Shown here: piece after piece, positions 1 to 9,131 of the stretch
Layout: each line of letters opens with the position of its first letter
Numbering within the stretch: position 1 is the first letter of the stretch
Source of the DNA: Escherichia phage dhabil
Sequence record: MN850621.1
DNA: 64,000 bases
Direction: 5' to 3' (one strand)
The notes under the pieces: generated by a model
Told to the model about the DNA's origin: nothing
Seen by the model: the letters and a program-made list of their open reading frames with translations, nothing else
Databases searched by the model: none
Translations under genes and position numbers: made by a program

Positions 1-116
1 CGTTCTTCTGAATTTCACTTCCTTTCGGCAAGTCTCTCAGTTGTAGTCCACCGCTTAGGATTAGCTAACCCCATACACCAGCAAAGCTCTGTATGGCATC
101 AGCCAATCCATATTAT

Positions 117-124
117 TATTTATA
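117..124 (-). promoter_or_regulatory. Late-promoter-like TATAAATA box
   Basis: Reverse complement of 117-124 reads TATAAATA, directly downstream of gene 31 stop and pointing to the left window edge. Confidence 0.3.
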
Positions 125-448
125 TCACTTATAAAGACACGGAATAGCTTTATAGTGACAGGTAACGAATTTCTGTTTAATTTCTTTAGGCTGTTTAATA
201 CCCAATGCAACTAAAGGGTGAGGCACGTTAGCAATCTTACCAACAGGAAGTGGAGTCAAATCGCCTACTTCACAAAAACCTTCAGGGACATCAGGTCCTA
301 CAGAATAAATTTCACAAAGTTCAGGGATTTCACCTTGATGAAGTTTGCCAATAACGATACCAGATGCAGTAGTTTCTTCATCGCCAGCTTGTTTTGGTTC
401 GGAAACGAGAATAACATATTCTCCAACCGCTTTAATAGGAAGTTCCAT
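125..448 (-). CDS. 31: Co-chaperonin gp31 (GroES-like capsid-folding cochaperone)
   Basis: 107-aa ORF; GroES-like sequence with C-terminal block [23 protein letters not shown] that I recognise from T4 gp31; lies next to cd as in T4. Confidence 0.85.
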   Translation of the reverse strand: MELPIKAVGEYVILVSEPKQAGDEETTASGIVIGKLHQGEIPELCEIYSVGPDVPEGFCEVGDLTPLPVGKIANVPHPLVALGIKQPKEIKQKFVTCHYKAIPCLYK

Positions 449-479
449 ATTTAATCCATGTTGTTTTGTTGATAGATTA

Positions 480-504
480 ATAATAACACGCTATTCTTAA
501 AGCA
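480..504 (-). promoter_or_regulatory. Candidate MotA-dependent middle promoter for gene 31
   Basis: Minus strand reads TGCTTTA (MotA-box-like), 12 nt, TATTAT; about 30 nt upstream of gene 31 ATG; no GTTTAC -35 element. Confidence 0.35.
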
Positions 505-506
505 TA

Positions 507-806
507 TTACAGGACAAGCAGAGTTTCAGTCTGAAGCCCGTTAATAGAAATCAGTTTATCGAAACGGAACGAGCGCCAGTCATTAACCTTGGTATCAAAT
601 ACACGAATATAATTAACCGGTTCTTTATTAGCTTCTGGGCCCGGTGCTTGAATTTCTTTATATGGGAGGAGGTCTAGGTCGCGAGTACAAGTCATACGAC
701 GAACGCTGCCATCCGCCTTTTCAAACAGAACTTCGTGAAAGCCTACAGACAAGATAGTCTTGACTTTTTCACGGAGCCGAATAGTTTCTTGTTCAGTTAA
801 AATCAT
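507..806 (-). CDS. Hypothetical protein (99 aa)
   Basis: ORF in operon orientation, tightly packed between gene 31 and cd; no motif recognised. Confidence 0.5.
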   Translation of the reverse strand: MILTEQETIRLREKVKTILSVGFHEVLFEKADGSVRRMTCTRDLDLLPYKEIQAPGPEANKEPVNYIRVFDTKVNDWRSFRFDKLISINGLQTETLLVL

Positions 807-808
807 AA

Positions 809-1042
809 TTATTCCAGGATAGTTTTAATAGTGGTTGCATTACGCTCTTTTAGAGCTCTTAATAGGCTATGGCAATTCTCAAGAATAGGCACTGTTTTGT
901 AATTCATGTCGGCATAAACCCACTCGGATTTATAGTACGATTTCCATCGAGAGAAAAAGTACTTTTTGTATTCTACCGAATAGGCTACTAAGCTTTCACC
1001 TTTTGAATTCAGACCTGAAAACTTAACTAGACGAAATTTCAT
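809..1042 (-). CDS. Hypothetical protein (77 aa)
   Basis: ORF abutting cd on same strand; no motif recognised. Confidence 0.45.
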   Translation of the reverse strand: MKFRLVKFSGLNSKGESLVAYSVEYKKYFFSRWKSYYKSEWVYADMNYKTVPILENCHSLLRALKERNATTIKTILE

Positions 1043-1587
1043 TATTCACCACAATAGTTTTGAATTGATTCCCAGTTCAGAGAACGGAGGCCAGTACGGT
1101 TATACTGGATAACTTCGATGCCTGATTCACGGAGGATATCATCCCAACCTTCAGGATTTCGGTCATAGAGTTCAGCATAAACCAGTGTTTTAATTCCGGA
1201 CTGCGCAATAGACTTAGCACAATCTGCACATGGGGATAGTGTCACATACATCGTAGCACCGTCAATAGAACTTCCTGTACGAGCTGCGAACAGGATAGCA
1301 TTCAATTCGGCATGGATTTCATTTTTGGATGACCATGCGGCATGGGCCATACGATGTTCTTTAAGAAGAATCGATTTATGGGACATTCGTGCTGGGTCAT
1401 ACACAACACGAGTCCAGTCCTGTTCCACTGCATGGTCACAACAGTTAACGCCACCAGACGGAGAACCATTATACCCTGTAGAAATAATACGGCCATTCTT
1501 TTCAATAACCGCGCCCACTTTCCATGAACAACATTTTGATTCCTGAGAAATCAAATAGGCAATCTGAAGATATGTACTTGCTTTCAT
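1042..1587 (-). CDS. cd: dCMP deaminase
   Basis: 181 aa; zinc-dependent deaminase motifs HAE and PCADC; position matches T4 cd. Confidence 0.9.
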   Translation of the reverse strand: MKASTYLQIAYLISQESKCCSWKVGAVIEKNGRIISTGYNGSPSGGVNCCDHAVEQDWTRVVYDPARMSHKSILLKEHRMAHAAWSSKNEIHAELNAILFAARTGSSIDGATMYVTLSPCADCAKSIAQSGIKTLVYAELYDRNPEGWDDILRESGIEVIQYNRTGLRSLNWESIQNYCGE

Positions 1588-1817
1588 TCTACGAACACTC
1601 GCTGCGCTTCGACCAGACCATCAGAACCAAGTTTTAACTGGGTAATCTGGCCGCCATTTTTAGGATTAACGATAACCAATACCGCACGTGGTGATTCCTG
1701 AATTACTCGCAGAGTTGCATCAGGAAAACGTACAGAAACCTTATTAATCAGAGCCTGAGCAAATTCTTTAACTTTAACTTGGAACTGCTCTACAGTAATG
1801 GGTTGTTCGCTCAGCAT
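1584..1817 (-). CDS. Hypothetical protein (77 aa)
   Basis: ORF with 4-nt overlap to cd; no motif recognised. Confidence 0.45.
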   Translation of the reverse strand: MLSEQPITVEQFQVKVKEFAQALINKVSVRFPDATLRVIQESPRAVLVIVNPKNGGQITQLKLGSDGLVEAQRVFVE

Positions 1818-2371
1818 TAGATGGTCTCCAACTTAAGTTGTTTGGTAGTGGTAGCTTGGGTAACGTCGCCTTTAACAATATAACACACTTGTTGGAACGA
1901 ACTGGTCAAAAGCTCTTCGGCTTGACGGTCGGCTTGTTCCTTTGTGTTATGGCGAGAATGAACTTCAATCTTACCATTTTTAACGATAAGCACTTTCCAA
2001 TCCGCAGTGGCTTTTACTGGTTTAGGTCCACCATTTTCAGGAATACTCACCGAGGCCAGTGGACGTACCACTTCAATAAAGTAATCGAATTCATGGCCAA
2101 AAAGGCCTGTTGAATTAAAAAGAACAGCATTTGCATCATCAGGATTACCTGTGATTTTGCTAGGGTCGACAAACATCATCTCGTCATATACACGAATTCG
2201 GCTTACACGTTCACGCCCATTATGGTAATCAATTTCAACTTCAAACGGGTTCATACCTACATACTTGGCAAAAGCTGTATTGAGGCCATAAGAGCCGTTA
2301 TTAGTGAATTTGTTTTTAGTGTATTCGCTAATGAACTTATAAAACTTACGCTCTTCAAAGAACTTACCCAT
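1817..2371 (-). CDS. Hypothetical protein (about 184 aa)
   Basis: ORF track gives 1817..2482; start moved to internal ATG at 2371 (GAGGA 8 nt upstream) because the extension overlaps the upstream ORF. Confidence 0.45.
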   Translation of the reverse strand: MGKFFEERKFYKFISEYTKNKFTNNGSYGLNTAFAKYVGMNPFEVEIDYHNGRERVSRIRVYDEMMFVDPSKITGNPDDANAVLFNSTGLFGHEFDYFIEVVRPLASVSIPENGGPKPVKATADWKVLIVKNGKIEVHSRHNTKEQADRQAEELLTSSFQQVCYIVKGDVTQATTTKQLKLETI

Positions 2372-2433
2372 TTCGATTTCCTCATTTGTTTCGGTAGGAC
2401 TACTATACCACAGTCCTACCGTGTTGTAAACAC

Positions 2434-2718
2434 TTAAATTGCTTCGACAACTACCGTTTGTTTCTGGAAGTCCATTTTGCATGAAATAGCCAAAATGTGG
2501 TTATCAATTTTAAATGGAACAATTGCAAATGCTGCACCGGGCGTGAGTTGGACAGTGATTGCATCGACTGCATCCGGGAACATGATTTCCAGAATAGCAG
2601 ACAAACGTCCGTGCACTTTTAGTTCAGTCGACGTGTCGACAGGTTCGTATAGGTAATCAGATACAATCTGACTAAAAACTACTTTAACAATTTCAGAATA
2701 AGTAGGGAACATAATCAC
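2434..2718 (-). CDS. Hypothetical protein (94 aa)
   Basis: ORF in operon orientation; no motif recognised. Confidence 0.45.
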   Translation of the reverse strand: MIMFPTYSEIVKVVFSQIVSDYLYEPVDTSTELKVHGRLSAILEIMFPDAVDAITVQLTPGAAFAIVPFKIDNHILAISCKMDFQKQTVVVEAI

Positions 2719-2719
2719 C

Positions 2720-2935
2720 TCAGTGTACTGTATGGACCTTCACGTTAACAATAAACCGGTCAACGACTTCAGTCAGTGGAACGAACTCGACATAATATTC
2801 ACCTTTGTAACGTTCGTTCAAGTCATTACGAAGAGTGGCAAGCGAGTTAATGAGAGCAGGAGACATATTCTGTCCTACCAGTTTCTGAAGCTCTTTATAA
2901 GCTTCTTCTTCAACTTCGTGGTGTTTGTTATACAT
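2720..2935 (-). CDS. Hypothetical protein (about 71 aa)
   Basis: ORF track 2720..3040; likely start at ATG 2935 (GGAAG upstream), overlapping stop of the upstream ORF. Confidence 0.4.
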   Translation of the reverse strand: MYNKHHEVEEEAYKELQKLVGQNMSPALINSLATLRNDLNERYKGEYYVEFVPLTEVVDRFIVNVKVHTVH

Positions 2936-3125
2936 AATGTTCTTCCAAGAAGGCAAGGAGTTCTGGCGCGGATTTAAAAATACCACCATCGACCTTGTCT
3001 TCATCTTTATAGTCCATAACATCCAGGCCAATACGTCCATCAGTTAAAGGCCACACGCCGAAGAAAAAGCATTTACGTTTTTCAATTTCTTCGATTGTAC
3101 GAAAAATCTTTTCGATATTATTCAT
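2928..3125 (-). CDS. Hypothetical protein (65 aa)
   Basis: ORF in operon orientation; no motif recognised. Confidence 0.4.
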   Translation of the reverse strand: MNNIEKIFRTIEEIEKRKCFFFGVWPLTDGRIGLDVMDYKDEDKVDGGIFKSAPELLAFLEEHYV

Positions 3126-3314
3126 AGGTTTTCCACGGTAACGGGATTTTAGTTTGCTTTACTGTTAATTCAATACCCGGGTTTTTGGCTTTTAATTTAA
3201 GGCATTCTTCCCAGGCTTTAGATTGACTAGTGAATACACAGAATTGCCCATTGTTAGTTCCAACTAGGCCACCGTCCACATGAACGACTGCCCAGGTTTC
3301 ATGATGCCATGCCA

Positions 3315-3315
<1 letters not shown>
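3118..3315 (-). CDS. Hypothetical protein (about 65 aa)
   Basis: ORF track 3118..3345; start at 3315 would give a TAATG overlap with the pseT stop; start uncertain. Confidence 0.4.
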
Positions 3316-4536
<1,221 letters not shown>

Positions 4537-4540
<4 letters not shown>

Positions 4541-5034
4541 ACACCGAGCTCCTTATAAAGTTCTTCACGGCAGGTTTTAAGGGTTTTACCGGATTCATAA
4601 GCAACACTTTCAGGAACATCGCCGAGAGTTACTGCGGATTGCATTTGACCATGACGTTTAGCCGCATATTCAAAACTTTTTACTAGCTCACGAATACGTT
4701 CTTTTTCTTCATGAAGTGATTGGTTTTCTTCATAGCATGCAGTAACATCTAAGATTGAATTCCACACATCAGAAGGAATAGGCTTGGATAATTTCAACAC
4801 TCTGCTCGGGAAATCATTCCATGGGGCGTAGTATTCAACTTCTGTAATAGCTTTGTCTTTACATTCTGAAATAAAGAATCGAGCTTTACCTTCCAAAGGT
4901 GTTTTACGGCAAGAACCAATTCGGGCCAGATTTTGGAAGAATTTGTCTTTACACTTCATGATATTATTAGCGTTCTCAACATACCATAATATTTTCATAG
5001 TCATTTCCTCAATTTTTATAATCCGTAGGAGCAT
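4537..5034 (-). CDS. Hypothetical protein (165 aa)
   Basis: ORF in operon orientation; no motif recognised. Confidence 0.45.
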
Positions 5035-5165
5035 TATACTCTGCTCCCAAGAGTTTGTAAACTACTTTCCAAAAATACCGTTCATACACATGCTGAACAC
5101 GATTCCAAAACAAAAGCATGCAAAACCAAATCGAACGATATCCCACCCGTCAGCACAAGCCTCGA

Positions 5166-5456
5166 TCATTTGCACTTCTCCTCTTTTAACCCGGAACGAT
5201 AATAACATAACATAGATTTCTGGTCTTGTACATATCTTTTTACGTCATTCAACCAAATACGATGTTCTTGTGAGTCTTCAAACGGCATACCGACCCAAGC
5301 CTTACCATCGATTACCTTAACCTGCCACTTAACGTTATGTTCGGCAATAGGTTGTGGCCATGAAGGGTGTAGTTGTTGCTTAGGCGCCACAGGAACATCC
5401 TGAGCACATCCAACTAGCAATCCAATAGATAACATTACAGCAGTCAATTTAATCAT
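5166..5456 (-). CDS. Putative outer-membrane spanin (lipoprotein)
   Basis: 96 aa; signal peptide with lipobox LLVGC; immediately downstream of and overlapping a TM plus coiled-coil ORF; matches the T4 pseT.2/pseT.3 spanin position. Confidence 0.55.
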   Translation of the reverse strand: MIKLTAVMLSIGLLVGCAQDVPVAPKQQLHPSWPQPIAEHNVKWQVKVIDGKAWVGMPFEDSQEHRIWLNDVKRYVQDQKSMLCYYRSGLKEEKCK

Positions 5457-5806
5457 TCTGTGATGCTCCTGAAGTCTTCTGTAAAGGAATCGAAGGACTT
5501 GTTGATTTGTTTTTCGACCAATCCTGGCTTACTTGCCACCACGTGCGCCTTCTTCGAATCTTTACGGAGCTTTTCATTTTCTACCTTAATTTTATCCAGT
5601 CTGGCATTCATTTCAGTAGTACGGAATTCAATATCTGAATATTGACCACGAAGGTCATCAACAGCTTCGGCGTTCTGTTTAGCTGTTTGCTGGGTTGTTT
5701 TCAGTTCTTCAGTTAATGTATCAATACGGCTTGATTGATACGAAATAAGACTGTAAGCACCTACTACAATGGCTCCAACTAAAAGGTAAATATTTAATTT
5801 AGACAT
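5453..5806 (-). CDS. Putative inner-membrane spanin
   Basis: 117 aa; N-terminal TM helix (IYLLVGAIVVGAYSLI) followed by a charged coiled-coil-like region; 4-nt overlap with the lipoprotein ORF. Confidence 0.55.
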   Translation of the reverse strand: MSKLNIYLLVGAIVVGAYSLISYQSSRIDTLTEELKTTQQTAKQNAEAVDDLRGQYSDIEFRTTEMNARLDKIKVENEKLRKDSKKAHVVASKPGLVEKQINKSFDSFTEDFRSITE

Positions 5807-6294
5807 TTGGTAATAATCTCGATGATGTCATCACGTGACAGGGAGTTGATAAGAACCGTTTTAGGGTTTTCGCACTGGATTTTATACGTTTCGAACATCA
5901 CGCACAATTCTTCAGCGGTATGGTAAGGGCTCGAAATGCCAAGGCGATTAAACTTATCGCTTAACGGGTCGCAAATCAAATAGAAAGTGATTCCTGAGAT
6001 TTTGACATTAGGTTGGCTGATATTAATGAATACCTCAGCATCATACTTAGAAAGGTTGTTTTGGAGAAACTCAACCATAGAGTTAACAGCTTCAGGCATG
6101 GCTTCACGCTTTTCTTCTGCATAACGGGTAGAGTATTCTTTTTGCTTAATTTTCTTTTTAGCATTTTTAGCTAAAGTAACACGAAGATCGGTTAGGTACC
6201 CTACTGCACGAGAACCTTTAAAAACTTGGATACCGTCAGTAGAGTCACCAAAAGCTTTAACAACCATTTCGTTAGTAATCATTTGCATATTCAT
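5794..6294 (-). CDS. Hypothetical protein (166 aa), in the position of T4 alc
   Basis: ORF directly downstream of an early-promoter cassette; identity with Alc not verifiable from memory. Confidence 0.5.
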   Translation of the reverse strand: MNMQMITNEMVVKAFGDSTDGIQVFKGSRAVGYLTDLRVTLAKNAKKKIKQKEYSTRYAEEKREAMPEAVNSMVEFLQNNLSKYDAEVFINISQPNVKISGITFYLICDPLSDKFNRLGISSPYHTAEELCVMFETYKIQCENPKTVLINSLSRDDIIEIITKCLN

Positions 6295-6324
6295 TTTGTT
6301 TTCTCCTCATTAGTTGGTAAGTCT

Positions 6325-6353
6325 ATACTAACACATCATGAGGAGATGTAAAC
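6325..6353 (-). promoter_or_regulatory. Early-promoter cassette
   Basis: Minus strand GTTTAC - 17 nt - TAGTAT, then leader CCAACTAATGAGGAGAA and ATG of ORF 5794..6294. Confidence 0.5.
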
Positions 6354-7501
6354 TACTCTATAACAATTTCTTTCAAATATTTTTCAGGGATTTGGGCCTT
6401 ATGATTTTTCAAGAACACAGAGTTAATTTGGTCTACGACCGTATCATAATTAATACCGCCTACGTACGCCTGCATAAGAATAGAGAACAACCCTGGGAAG
6501 TCTTTAAGGATTAACTGACCGGTAACAGCGTAGTCTTTACGGTCACGACCCTTGAGCTGAGAATATGCTGCTTCTAACAAAGCCAAGGACTGTTCTAAGT
6601 AGTCTAAATGAATGCGTTCAAATGCATTGATTTTCTCAATAGCAAATGAATCAGTACCGAACAAACCTCGGAGGTCATCAGTTCCACCAGCCACTACAAC
6701 TTCAAACAAACGTTCGTTATTGTTAATGGAATCTTTGGTATGATGCAGGGCGCTATACCAAGCGGTTTTGAGTTTAAAGAACGTGCCATCTTTAAGTACA
6801 AAGATAAAGCCTTCAATACCCTCTTGTTTACGGATATTGTCAACAAAATCACCTTCAGAGAGTTCATAGCTTTTAACCAAATGCTTACGCAGAGCGCCAT
6901 CTTTAAACAGTTCAGCGTAAGGGATATACTCACCCGTTTCGTTATTACGAACGTTCAGTAAGATAAGGTTTGTTTCTTGGTATGCCAGCACAATACGGTT
7001 AGTAGGCGAAACGTACTCGAGGTTGCACGTATAGCCTGCTTTAGTAATTTCTTCTAAACGAGCAGCGAAGGCCTCGTTTTCAGGGAGTCGAAGGAAACGT
7101 AAAGAATCATGTACCATCGACGAATGGATAGAGCCTTTAGATTTAACAGAAAGATATTGTCTATCCATGAAGGTAGAAATCAAGGAACCATCTTCCTTAG
7201 CCATTACGAGGTCAATATTTTCTTGTGATAAATCCAAACCAATAGTCAATGGATTTTCATCGAGATTAAAGAACTTTTGCATAGGACGAGCAGCGATACG
7301 TACAGGACCATTCTCGTCCATTTCAAACATAATTCCTCGGCACTCTAGTGCGCCGTCTTCCAACCAATCACTGTACGATGCATAGTTATAACTAAAGATG
7401 CGATAGTTGACTCCTAGCGCACTCTGGAAGTCTTTAAAGAAGAACTTAGATTTAGTCGAGTTTTTAACCAAAGTCATCAAGTTATCATATAATTCAATCA
7501 T
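6353..7501 (-). CDS. rnlA: RNA ligase 1
   Basis: 382 aa; nucleotidyltransferase motif KEDGSL; N-terminal block YRIFSYNYASYSDW as in T4 Rnl1 (gene 63). Confidence 0.85.
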   Translation of the reverse strand: MIELYDNLMTLVKNSTKSKFFFKDFQSALGVNYRIFSYNYASYSDWLEDGALECRGIMFEMDENGPVRIAARPMQKFFNLDENPLTIGLDLSQENIDLVMAKEDGSLISTFMDRQYLSVKSKGSIHSSMVHDSLRFLRLPENEAFAARLEEITKAGYTCNLEYVSPTNRIVLAYQETNLILLNVRNNETGEYIPYAELFKDGALRKHLVKSYELSEGDFVDNIRKQEGIEGFIFVLKDGTFFKLKTAWYSALHHTKDSINNNERLFEVVVAGGTDDLRGLFGTDSFAIEKINAFERIHLDYLEQSLALLEAAYSQLKGRDRKDYAVTGQLILKDFPGLFSILMQAYVGGINYDTVVDQINSVFLKNHKAQIPEKYLKEIVIE

Positions 7502-7911
7502 TGCTTTATCCTATGTTGGGTATTCCAAGGTGGATTAAATTTCTTTATGAACATTGGCTCTTCAAGAGACATGGTCTCAACTGACATAGTTCCAAGTTCG
7601 TTAGTCATCGACAGATTAAAGCACTGTCTAGCATAGAACTCTACCTTTTTACCAGCCATTAATGCTTCATGAATCAGAATGGACTTGGTCGAATCCGACG
7701 TTTGGTCCTTACGATTAATAGCGGTTCGGTAGTAGTTGATGCGCTTACGAAGATTTTTAGTCTTCCCGATGTAGACTAGTATATCATCAACCGCTATAGC
7801 ATATATGACATTTTGTTTATTCGGAACCGTGATAGGGGCTATAGTAGCATCTGTTTGGAGCTCTAGTGTAACGTACTTGATAAAGCTAAATTCATCTGCG
7901 ATTTCTTTCAT
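7498..7911 (-). CDS. denA: Endonuclease II (GIY-YIG nuclease)
   Basis: GIY-YIG motif VIYAIA...LVYIGKT...RKRINYY; start placed at MKEIADEF (ORF track extends 8 codons into an upstream hairpin); about 137 aa like T4 DenA. Confidence 0.8.
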   Translation of the reverse strand: MKEIADEFSFIKYVTLELQTDATIAPITVPNKQNVIYAIAVDDILVYIGKTKNLRKRINYYRTAINRKDQTSDSTKSILIHEALMAGKKVEFYARQCFNLSMTNELGTMSVETMSLEEPMFIKKFNPPWNTQHRIKQ

Positions 7912-7919
7912 AGCAATAA

Positions 7920-7933
7920 GGGGCCGAAGCCCC
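7920..7933 (-). other. Tetraloop RNA hairpin between nrdB and denA
   Basis: GGGGC-CGAA-GCCCC on plus strand (GGGGC-UUCG-GCCCC in the minus-strand RNA); no U tract. Confidence 0.4.
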
Positions 7934-7938
7934 ATTCC

Positions 7939-9108
7939 TTAAAAATATTTCTTGTATGATGCCATTACTTTTTCATCGACATCATTATCAATTTGTGCTA
8001 CAAGGTAAGAACTGATTTCCACTTCCTGAGGAGCAGCCTGTACAGCATCAGAGTTCAGGTATTCACGAATCCAAGGATAAGGATGGCGAGTAGGAGCATC
8101 AGTAATAGGACATGGTAAACCACATTGCTTCATACGAGAAACTGTCAGGTAATCGACAAAACCACCCATGTTCTGAGTATTTAATCCAGGGCAAGTACCA
8201 TCTTTGAACAGGTGAGCGGCCCATTCTTTTTCTTGACGGTTAACTTCCATGAAAATATCAACTGCTTCTTGTTCACACTCTTGAGCAATTTTAACCCATT
8301 CATCGCCATCAGTGCCAAGTTGAAGTTGACGAATAATGTACTGAGTACCTTTAAGGTGAAGCTGTTCATCACGTGCAATGAACTTCATAATCTTAGCATT
8401 GCCTTCCATGATTTCCATGTTCTTATGGAAGTTAAAGGTGCATGCGAAAGATACATAAAAACGAATAGCTTCCAATGCGTTGATTACATGCAGGCAGAGG
8501 TAAAGAGAGCGCATTAGTTCGTATTTAGCGGTTTTAACACCTTCACTGAACTCATGGTATTCTTCTAAAGCATTTTGGTATTTACGAGTTTTCTCAATAA
8601 CATCATCATAATAACGACCAATAGATTCAGCACGTTTCATGATAGCTTCATCTAATAGAATTTCATCAAATACCTTAGATGGGTCTGTATAGAGGTTACG
8701 CATGATATGGGTATACGAACGAGAGTGAATGGTTTCACTAAAGGTCCATGTAGCCACCCATGTATCAAGGCTAGGGTCTGAAATCAATGCTTGGAGTGCA
8801 GCAGAAGGAGCACGTCCCTGGATACTATCCAGAAGTGATTGATACTTCAGGTTATTTGTAAAAATATTTTGCTGGAATTGTGGAAGCTTATTAAACTGGG
8901 CAGCATCCATCATCAAGTTAACTTCCTCTGGACGCCAGAAGAAACTCAACTGCTTTTCACAAAGCTCTTCGAATACTTTATGACGTTGGATATCGTAACG
9001 AGCAATACCCAATCCTGAACCAAAGAACATCGGTTCGACTAAAACATCAACTGGGGTAGTATTAAAAACTGTAGACATGTTATTCTCATTTGTTAGTGGC
9101 TCATCCAT
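7939..9108 (-). CDS. nrdB: Ribonucleotide reductase small (beta) subunit
   Basis: 389 aa class Ia R2-like sequence; uninterrupted, no intron. Confidence 0.9.
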   Translation of the reverse strand: MDEPLTNENNMSTVFNTTPVDVLVEPMFFGSGLGIARYDIQRHKVFEELCEKQLSFFWRPEEVNLMMDAAQFNKLPQFQQNIFTNNLKYQSLLDSIQGRAPSAALQALISDPSLDTWVATWTFSETIHSRSYTHIMRNLYTDPSKVFDEILLDEAIMKRAESIGRYYDDVIEKTRKYQNALEEYHEFSEGVKTAKYELMRSLYLCLHVINALEAIRFYVSFACTFNFHKNMEIMEGNAKIMKFIARDEQLHLKGTQYIIRQLQLGTDGDEWVKIAQECEQEAVDIFMEVNRQEKEWAAHLFKDGTCPGLNTQNMGGFVDYLTVSRMKQCGLPCPITDAPTRHPYPWIREYLNSDAVQAAPQEVEISSYLVAQIDNDVDEKVMASYKKYF

Positions 9109-9131
9109 GAGTCAATTATAATCATATTTTA

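Noticed and set aside
7498-7935. GIY-YIG ORF as a possible homing endonuclease
   Set aside because: Only about 137 aa with no DNA-binding extension, and colinear with T4 endonuclease II (DenA); no disrupted target gene nearby
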